Origin: Laetmonice hystrix
Taxonomy: Eukaryota
Assembly (NCBI GenBank): GCA_965235115.1
Contig: OZ249436.1
Coordinates: 14,508,001-14,572,000 of the forward strand
DNA length: 64,000 nucleotides
Direction of reading: 5' to 3'
The notes under the pieces were generated by a model that made no database searches, had not been told where the DNA came from, and saw only the letters and a program-made list of their open reading frames with translations. A program made the translations under genes and the position numbers. Positions within the stretch are counted from its first letter, which is position 1. Each line of letters opens with the position of its first letter. Positions 54,001-64,000 of the stretch are shown one piece after another.

Positions 54001-56238
54001 CCGACGCCTGTGGTGTTCGGCAAGGTCGGCAGGATGAGGTTATGGCAAGTTTCCAAGTGTGTCCTTATAGTTTGCTTGGAAGTGATCTCAGAAAGTCTCA
54101 CTCTAAGTTAAGCTGAGGGAAGCATTTCTTCAGTCGGACCTTCAGTTTATGTTTTCAGCCAGATTACTCAGGTCTGACCATTTATTATTTTTGATAATCA
54201 TTACAAAGAGGAACCGACGGTGGAATGATATTTTTGATGTTTTGGACGTTCAGAATGTCATTGGCTACTTTAGCTATATGCAAACAAAAGTATTTTGACG
54301 AGTTAATGAAACATAGTTTTGTTTATAATGTCACTGACCTTGTACCTTGATGTTGGTCCTTTCCGGACAATGTTCCCATAGCCAAACAACGGACTCCAAG
54401 CACCAACTAAATGGTGTACCGCATGTTTCAACAACGGACACCTTTCTTGATACGATGATATTGAAACTGATACAGGCTAGAATCCAAGTGACTTTATCCC
54501 ATGAAACCCATCATCTGTAAGTGATGATGTTAGACATCCCGACGGTTGTATAGCGCCCGTATGTGGCTAGATAAATTGTACTAGAGATACCAATAACGGC
54601 CCCGCTATATGCGATTGATATACTGCCACCAAAGAAGTAAACTTTGCCCAAGAACAACATGTCGACGTAGAGATATTACTCACCCAGTATTCGTATAGAG
54701 AATTTAGAGGTTCATGTTAAATGGGTAAATATTTTCTGTGGACTCAGCACCCGAGGAGTGCCAATGTGCATGCATGAAGCGCAAGCCTTAGTAAGGTGCG
54801 GCGTGGTGTTTACCACGAAGACTTTTTCTCTACTCAAAGAAAGGATGAAATTATAGTAAAGGACGGAAGTAATTGTACGCATCTTCTATGTTATTGCTGC
54901 CTCTGACAGTACTCGTTTTGTGTAGCGTATTATTTTAATCTTGTGAGTATAGTAGCTGTAGGTTTACAACATACGTTACTGTTGTAAACAACAAATCCAA
55001 GCGGCGGAGACTATATGGTAATGAGTGCATGAAAACTGCTACTCTCATAATGTAAGAAAAAGTTACATTTATAACTGATATTTAACTATGTTCAATATAA
55101 ACGTCCACAACCCAAGGTGCACGATGTCTATATTCTGTAATTCCCGATCTGGTGGTATCGTGAGCGTGTGATTATTGCCCTGGTCATAATGTAATGTGTG
55201 TCTGTGTAACGCCACCCGCAGTAACGAGAGAATAATCGGAGGAGCTGTCTAACGAATCAGGGGTACTCTCGCACTCCTTTCTAACCCAACTCATGTTTCC
55301 AACCAATTTAACTTGAGGATCGGCCCGCTTTCCTCACCCAATTGTTTTGTAGTTTGCTGCCGACAATAAATCTCGTGTTTGAGGTAGTGCATCTTCTCAA
55401 CTCGACCCCGCTGGATTCTGATGGCGATTTCTAGGAATTCTGAACTATCACCTGGAGAATTATAGAAGCAGTCGGCAACCTTTCCATGCAGTTTGGAAAC
55501 AATAATTGTAGAAGTAAAAGCCTTTCTAAGGACATGTATTCCCTGGTATAATATCTTCAACCAGTATTATACATGTGAAGTTCTACCCGCTGTATGAGAG
55601 TTATGGTAATAAAGATATTCATTCAACAGCACTAGGTTGGTTGTCCTTGTCCTAAATTAGCTAATAACGTAAAGGTCTCATATAGGTTATTATCAATAAA
55701 CCCATACATAATATAGATTTTACCAAGCCTTGGTCAGTCATACCAGATGAGAACAATGTCACCAACGCTTGAACAAGCAAACATTGCAGTACCATTGAAA
55801 GCCAATTTAAATGGTACTGTCCAGGTGAACTAAGGGAAGAGGAGGTTAGTTGGAAGAACAACAAGGTTAATGCCATCATTCAATCGATTCTATACCTGGG
55901 AGCTAATCCATTCACCATCATACGATTAGCTGGATTAGTCCGTACGCACAGTCATGCGATTTACATGACTGCTTGCGCTTCTTCTGACCTTGCCCCTCCC
56001 CTGACCTTGGAGATCAACTGGATACAGGCCTAGAGTGTACCTATACTATAGGCCTATTTGTAATCAATTGTAAAGTTCACCTCCTATCCATAGATTTATA
56101 GAGGATCCTATAGAATAATACGGGGATACTTCATATAGGGCTGTAGAACATTTCCATGCAAAGGACGCCGATTTCCATGTACTACTGAGACCACGTGTAG
56201 CCTATGAGGGAAGCAAGCCAATCGCGTCCGTCCTGTAT

Positions 56239-56284
56239 AGGAGAGAGAGACAGAGACAGAGAGACAACGCGAGAGAGAGAAAGA

Positions 56285-56317
<33 letters not shown>

Positions 56318-56400
56318 CCTCTCTATCTCTATCTCTCCGTCTCTCTCTTCTCTCCATCTCTCTCCCTTTCTCTTTCTCTATCTCCCTCCCTCTCCCTCTT
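56239..56400. repeat. (GA)n tract immediately followed by a (CT)n tract
   Basis: Purine tract 56239-56317, pyrimidine tract 56318-56400. Confidence 0.9.
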
Positions 56401-56699
56401 GCTGTCGACAATAAGGCCGTCTTCAAGCTTATACTAGAAACTTGTAGACGCACTAAAATATCGTTTGTAAAATAGTTTGTAAATTGTGTGTATTGATCAC
56501 ATCTGAAAGTCCAACCAGTGTATGTGTGTGTCGGGAATATGTGAATTTTGTAAATCCATTAGGGATCGAGGTTGATCCCCGTAAATCGGATAGTGCAGAA
56601 CGATAAAGCGCCATCACTCGGAGAATCAGTTCGGCTACGTGGAAATAACCCTTTACCAGTTTACGCCTCTGTTGCTTACATTTCAATATAAAGGCGGAA

Positions 56700-57556
56700 T
56701 TCCTGGCCTACCTATTTATATATTCGTCTGTTATTATAGGCGAGCACCTGAAGAACCCCCTGTCCGTCCCATTCTTCCTGTCCGACCCCTGACCTGTAAA
56801 CTTCACGTCCTCCTGACCTCCATGGTACCGAACCGCAGAGATGGCTAATCTTGACCATATCCTTATAATGACTTCCCGTGGTCGAGTGCCGCCCGGTAGG
56901 ATGGTCACGGACTCGCCGTACCCTGTGACAGCCACGCACCTGCTGACTGGAGCACGCCGACCTACGGCCGGGTGGCGGACCGGGGGGTGGGGTGAATCTA
57001 GGGGGGTGCAGACTATACATGAGGCCGGGGAGGGGGAAACAAAACCAGATTCCTAGGACACCTGTCCATTAAAGCTTCCGGGGATCGTCATCCGATTTGG
57101 CCAACCCGCCTGATTTCCGCGCGGAATCCCCGTGTCCCAATGAGCTGAGCGGCGGAGACCGTGGCCCTCATGCTGGTCGGCCGCCGGTGGTGTCCGCGAG
57201 GGGTACCGCCCGCCACCGCCGGCGTCATCCCCTACTGAACTCCCAACGACCGGTTCATGCGTCACGGGTTGGATTTAATAGGATTAGGGAAGACAACGCT
57301 ACCTGGATAGTGGTCCCGTGAGGAGTCCCCGCCCGTGTCGACCAATCAATCAATCGATCTATCCTGGTGATCAGCGCGCAGTGGGATGCCGGTAGATAGG
57401 TGACAGGTAGGCCTATATGAGGGGTGCCAGGTCGGGTGGACGTCGGCAGACGGTAGGAGCACTCCCGGCGGCACGTCCACTCTGTACGACAGGGAGCACT
57501 GCATGGCGGAGATCACAGTGACATCACGCAGAATTAAGGCGGACCAGTCGGTAAGT
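56700..57556 (+). promoter_or_regulatory. CpG-rich promoter with probable non-coding first exon ending at 57550
   Basis: Very GC/CpG-rich. GC box at 57327-57334, CCAATCAATCAATCGAT at 57342-57358, TGACAG at 57401, and a consensus donor TCG|GTAAGT at 57551. Confidence 0.55.
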
Positions 57557-60251
57557 AAACTACTTCAGTTCTGCTATAGGCCTAGATGGACAGAGAAATA
57601 TACATGCAGACAGTACAAAACACGACTTCAAACGTCTTAGAATACTTTAGGGGAATTCAGTTTAAATGAAGCGTTCTGTCAGAATTTTCTCTACAGAAAT
57701 TGTAAATGGGTCTAGTCTTTATATATAAATGTTATTTCGTTCTTGTATATATATATAGTCGGCGTGTATAGGCCAAAAGCTATACAGACTTAAACGTAAG
57801 CCTATATTTATATACAATGTATAGGCCAATTCGGCCTTGTTGAGGAAAGAGAATTCGGGTTGTAATATTATTTTATAAGATTGAATAAGACAGACAAGTC
57901 AGACAAGGGGACTTCGTATATATACCACCCGGATAAACGGATGTAAGCGACACGTGTTGTGTTTGCTTTAATGTTTATTTGATACCGTTTTCGTCTTTGT
58001 ACTTGAGTCGTGTCTGCTGTAGCTTGTGCGGTCGGGGACTGTAGAAGAAGGGGGCAGTTTTTCTGATCTAGGCTACTATCGAGTCTTATTCACGGGTCAA
58101 TTCATAACGGGTGCAGATATGCCCAATAATATAGCGATAATATAGCGTTGTATTGAAAGCGTGCCATTTTTTTACAAAATGGCCAGCCATGAAACAGTTT
58201 ATATCGATGTATACGCTATATTTCTATACAAGTTGTATATGTCTTGATTACATGAATTTATCTCCGAATTGCCGGTTTTTCATACTCTATGACTAATTCA
58301 TGTCTTCACTGAAGGGTCTATTGTGTGGATGTTATATCATCATTAAACATTAAGTAATGATTATATCATAATTGGTATAGACATTATGCGACCGTAGCTG
58401 GTTAGTCAGTGAATCGATGTCCTTACAGCAGCGACCTTGTTCGATTCTTGCAATTAATCGCCAGCAAGCTACATAATTTCATAGAAACCTATTTTAAAAT
58501 AACCAGGCATACACACAGTTGTAAAGTGTATACAATATTTCTTTGGGAAAATTTAGGGGAAACTCGAAAGCATAATTACAGAAAGAGGAAGAGCCGAATT
58601 TAGATATAGTTTCGTTCTATAATTTTAATTTAGAAATTGTGAGGTGCACCGACATGAGCTGTATAGACAAATATATCCACTTGCATAGCGTATGTTTTGA
58701 TTCTCACGCATTCACACACTGGAGGCCTATAATGTATAGCTGACTGTATATCAAGCGTATTCGGGGGCCTGTTTGTTAGTATGATAACACGATATGCTGG
58801 TTGTCGATCTTGTAGGAAGTTCTATAGCTTCCGTTTTACATGATCTTTGTAGAATGAACAAAACAATTAAATCCCTGGAAGTGTTGCGCCTACAAACCTA
58901 AGACACACAGTTCAGGTAGTCCTGTGACCGACAAGGATGGGCCTAAGTCCTCGAGGGAGCGAACCACTGTACTTCACCATGCTCCAAATTGTTCACTCTA
59001 AGGTGCACAGCTATATTTGTGCGAGTAACCTACATAATGTAATATAGGCTATACATCATGGAACATGAGAATAGAGAAACAGGGTTCCGATCCAATAAAC
59101 ATGACTTTCGCAAGCTTGTGTTGTCAGCGCAGGTCCAAGAAAATCTTTATTGATTGCAATGATCAGGTTTATCGGGAACAAAAGTGTTCATCTCATGACA
59201 ATAGTCTTGTTATTTAAATAATAACGACTGAAATGCACCTTACGATCTAGATTTCATTGTGTCCGCTTTTTTTCTATTATACATTGACCAGCTCCGACGA
59301 TATACGTTCTCTACATACAAAAAACGAGTTTGCGGTTTTCGGGAGAGACGCACTCATTTTTATATTTTTTTCTCACAGTTTTTTGTGTGCTTTTTTTCGT
59401 TGGGTCAGAACCACTGCTTTCACCAGGTGAAGTTTAGGGACATGCACGAACTGACACAAGGAGAGGGCAGCCGAAAAAATGAGAATGCCCAGTTCATTGA
59501 TTATTACGCCAGACAGACAGAGGGCATCGCCTCGCAGCTTGTGCGTTGGTGCACTTGTGGTTAGCTCGGTCAGCTGCTGCGGGAGACGCGGGAAAACTCG
59601 GAACTGGTTCAAACAAGTTAAGTTCGCATCTGACACATGGGTACACTGAATCCACAATTAACCTCCCCGACAGAATGCACCTGGAAGTATCATTATCACA
59701 GACAATAACAAGCTGGTATACCCTCCTGTGCATAACTTCAACAGGTCTCCAAATCAAGGCCAGTTGCTGACCTTACGCTTATACGTATTGTGCAGGACAT
59801 TGAAAAGTCGTTGCTTCTTCTCTCTTCGCAATTTGTCAGAAGTTATTCAACAGCCGAGAATATTTCTTCTATTATAGATATTAGAATGTTTAAGCTCTCA
59901 TCTATAGTTGCATATATACACGCCGACCTACCAGATAGCAATTATGATAATTAGGTTGGAAAAAATTAAGGAGTGCTACACATCTTATACCGAGCACCAT
60001 GCAGTAAAAGCTTCCTAAAACCACTTTATCAACGTCACATGCATTAACTATATCATATACGCAATAAAAATATTCACATTATATTGTTGGAAGATGCAAG
60101 GGCAGATTTCGACGAGCGAAAAACCTAATAGAGTCAGAGAGATTCCAGTAAAATTTTGCAGGCGGCCTATATGTTCAATTTTGGGTTCCGATTCCTCTCT
60201 GTATCTCTCAGTCCCGCTGTCTGCTGTCTGCCTGTCTTTCACTCCGGATGT

Positions 60252-60409
60252 NNNNNNNNNNNNNNNNNNNNNNNNNNNNNNNNNNNNNNNNNNNNNNNNN
60301 NNNNNNNNNNNNNNNNNNNNNNNNNNNNNNNNNNNNNNNNNNNNNNNNNNNNNNNNNNNNNNNNNNNNNNNNNNNNNNNNNNNNNNNNNNNNNNNNNNNN
60401 NNNNNNNNN
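60252..60409. other. Assembly gap (158 N)
   Basis: Run of N. Confidence 1.
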
Positions 60410-61399
60410 TTATATCCTAAATCACCTCTTCAATACAAGGGTTGATTATAGCATAGCATGAGAGAAACTAATATGCATACACGTATGAACGAAAAGTTCA
60501 CTCGGTGCAGACAAATTTCACGTATTTGTCTCAAAAGAGAGCTGGAACGACAAAGGAAACTATGAGGCATCATATCTGTTCTCTATTACACAACATAGTT
60601 AAAACGTCACGCCTGCAGATTTATATATCTACAGTGACCAAAGCAAAACACACAGGGATTCCTTTGTTTGGGATACCAGTGGTATGAAATCAACAGCTCC
60701 CCTGGTTTTATTCTGCTTCCGATGATATTGAGGTTGAGGTTTGGTTGGGTGACGTCGACTAGCTCCAGCTGCCCCGAGTACTAGGCGGTGACGGCGGGGG
60801 TTGCGGCGGGGCTGCTGTCTGCCGGCCGGGCACTCAGTCCACAACTGACCGCAAACCGCACACCCCACAGTCACCAGACGCAACGAATCACCGAAATCTA
60901 ACGCCATTTGACAAACAAGAAGTTGATAAAAGTTCGTTGGACGAATGTTTGAAATCATAGGGGACGCGTCCGGAATTGGGAAACGGCTGCGCGTTTCAAC
61001 AAAGCAGTGACCATGCAACAGAATGGGTTTAACACTTTCAAAATGGAAAAGGCACCAACTCTGTTGTGTAGGAGTCTATATTATGACTATAATATAGGGG
61101 AAACATAACCATCTGTTTGCATTTCATTCCATTGAGCTACAACAATAAGAACTACCAAAGAAGAATCGCGGTTACTCCTCCACGTGCCGAAAATTCAAAG
61201 TCAAATGGTTTTACTGATGGCTGGACTAGGAAAGTATTCATCTTCCCATGTGGTTCAAATGCATCAAAGGCATTGCAGGAACATCAACATGACGGTCTCT
61301 ATGCTCATTAGGAAGGGAACCGGCGCAGTTTTTAGTTTCCAGTGTGGAATGCCAGTCAGAAATGTTGCGACAAACAAATTCTCCTTGTTTTTCTATGGC

Positions 61400-61786
61400 G
61401 TATCACTGGCCAATCGCAGGCGGTTGTTGTCGGTGAGCGGAAGTGAGCCAGCCTATGAAATGGCGTGATGCAACACCAACTGGATAGTGAACTGCAGTTT
61501 GAACACGCCTTGCTTGTCAGAGAACCACGTATGTATCTTGGAGGTGGTAATTAACTGAGATAGACAAGAGCTAAATCCAAAGGTTTGTATGAGGAGAGCA
61601 AGGTGTAGTTGGTCGGTATACTAGTTAAACACCAAAGAGGATACGTGCGTTCTACTTCCACGGCGCGCCTTAAGCGTTTCGGTTGTACTCTGTAACCTTT
61701 CTCTTGATGGACATTAATGCAAAGTATAAAACCTGCATAGTTGTGGCCAAGCAATGCCGTAGCCTGAAGGAACAAGTGAGGTAAGT
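61400..61786 (+). promoter_or_regulatory. Housekeeping-type promoter and probable first exon ending at 61780
   Basis: GGCCAATC (CCAAT box) at about 61408, CGGAAGTG (ETS) at about 61438, and a consensus donor GAG|GTAAGT at 61781. Confidence 0.5.
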
Positions 61787-64000
61787 GCGAAAACTGCGTT
61801 AACCTTATGGTGGGAATTTGTCATTCTTGTTAGCTTTCCTCCTTGAGTTGTGTTATCTATTTGTTTGACCAGTTTTCACAATCTAGGATTTCTATCTGCA
61901 TGCTATACGTGCGGCGTTGCATGGTTGGATGTCGATCTGCCGGCGGTCACCGCGCTAGCTCCTCCCGAGCCGAACGGCTGTGTTGGGGTGGAAATTTACT
62001 TGTGGCTTAAACCATGGGACGCATACGTTTTCACACATAGGCCTAGACCCGTTTACTCCAAGTTTCTGACCGCTTCTGTTTGACGTTGTATAGCGGTCAG
62101 GAATGTTTTGAACCCGCCGAGGTGTAGGCAGTATACTGGATGGCTGAAACGTGCACGGTTAAAGATGGAGGGCGGCTCATGCATGCGTTCATCCATGCGC
62201 GTATATTCTATCCTGTGGAATGTGGCTTACCGAGTTCCTTCCACCGACAGGAAATAGACGCAGAATGATTAATTAGAGGCAAGATATTGTCCACCACACC
62301 TCCAACATGTAGGTATATCATTCGTATCCCGGCCCGCGGTTTTTTTCTTGTTTATGACTCACTACTTCCTATATGAGACACATGGTGTTTTCATGTTCTG
62401 ACTCGGCTACACATTATTATAGTGCAATAGTGACGGGCGTTCGTGGAATCATTCATGTAGGATTGGATATTATAGAACGCCTGGCAATTTCCGATAGAAC
62501 TGGATTACGTCAAGGTGAGAACACACATAATAGCCCGTGCTTAATACAAGACTTTTTTTTACGGAATTAAGTGGCTTTTAACCCCCATAGTTAGCCATCA
62601 AAAGGAAAATGCTTTATATGTTGCTTGAAATGCTAAAATGGAACATTTCCCAAAAGAATAAATAAATTAATTTTAATATTAACTTATAAATATATAATAA
62701 AAAATAAAATAAATATATTATAAAAATAAACCAATAAATCAATATATTACTAATAAAGTCACACATGTGATTTAAAAAACAACACGTGGACGCACGCACT
62801 CACATTATACAGGGTGACCATAATGGACAAAGAGAGGGTCAAGTACTAATCAAATGGTCTCAGTACAAGAGTATATAATAATGCATTTGCTATGATGCCA
62901 ATATCAAAACACCACCCTCCCCTTTCCCCCAAATGATTCATGTCTCAGTGGGCCTATAGAGAGGACTGAATTCTGTCCATTTACCGCTGCCCCACACACA
63001 ACCTAAAATACTCTTGGAACAGGGCCTACTTGCCCCCCCCCCCCACCACCACCAAAATTTTGTTTCCGACATCGGCTGTCCCTTGCCATCCCACATCAGT
63101 AACATAGACAACAGGGTAGTTTATAAGTCATGACGTACCTTTGTACTGGGCTTTGCTCGGAGTTTTAAAGACTTCGTGAATACACCGGTACCTGACCCGT
63201 CAACAATAATTAATGCATGGTAATTATGACCTGCATGATTGGTTCTATTGTCAGAGGGCACAGAGTGCGATATGATAAATCTGTGCGAACCCTTTTGTAA
63301 GACTGTATGCCATGTAAATTTAAAGAGATCAATGAATACGGTAATACTAAACTATAGCTACTATAGATGCCTTTACCAAGGATGGCGTCATCAAAATAGC
63401 TTCACCGCCGTCACCAATTTAAAACGTGGCATGGACCTGACATGGAGCATGCATCAATAATATAACCATATAACTGGAAGTGACGGACTTGGTGATGTCT
63501 ATAGGGCATAATCAACAGGGGGAAGCTGTGGCGACTATGTCCTGGTTTAATTCTAAAGATCTAGGAGCGATATAGCACATAATGAGATTATTTACTTTTG
63601 ATAGTCATTATTAGGTCAGCCTGGATTCTGCGGCTCATATTTTGGCCTGTACTTGTCAACTGACAGTTATCAATGAAAACGTGGACTCATGGGACTAACT
63701 TCGTAGGAAAGGAAAATTACATAACCGGGAAATGGCCAAGATAATAGTGTACATTGTTAGCCGGTGACAGCGAGGTAGTGAGGGGGTCAGTGAGGAACAG
63801 AGAGGTTATTGTTATCTGGGCCGGTGTGAGGACTGGCGGAGATTGTCAGAGTATAGGTCAGTGTCGACGTGCAGGTGGATGTACGTATGTGTTTATGTCG
63901 TATATACGTACACATAACGGAATGTAATAGGTTCATTGGCTGCGCGATGATACAATACAGGCAGAAAACAACGGGGCCTTCATGGTCCATTTCGAGACAA

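Noticed and set aside
56202-56453. RE-rich and SL-rich ORFs
   Set aside because: Dinucleotide microsatellite translations.
60094-60461. ORFs spanning the N run
   Set aside because: Artefacts of the assembly gap.

Overview
Metazoan (invertebrate-like, about 40% GC) genomic DNA, not prokaryotic. It contains three spliced protein-coding genes that I could reconstruct exon by exon. (1) The 3' half of a JNK/MAPK8-10-type kinase (+, 1864-6376), with a U12-type minor intron and a tandem 3' splice site that could give long and short C-termini. (2) A convergent alpha/beta-hydrolase resembling isoprenylcysteine methylesterase (ICME) (-, 16483-19041), with an acidic insert of about 200 aa. (3) A 15-exon, 12-TM MFS transporter of the SLC45/sucrose-transporter-like group (+, 42198-51056). 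The rest is intronic or intergenic and holds many non-autonomous DNA transposons. Several have CAG.. termini and 5-bp TSDs, two are TTAA Kolobok-like, and one is a 2-kb element consisting of a 21-bp hairpin minisatellite between inverted termini. There are also 43- and 50-bp minisatellites, a cluster of same-strand CTCF-like motifs, a strong regional excess of TAGGCCTA, two CpG-rich candidate promoters/first exons (about 57 kb and 61.5 kb) with no downstream CDS identified here, and a 158-nt N gap. Most ORFs in the supplied track are spurious. All calls come from reading the sequence by eye; no database searches were run.
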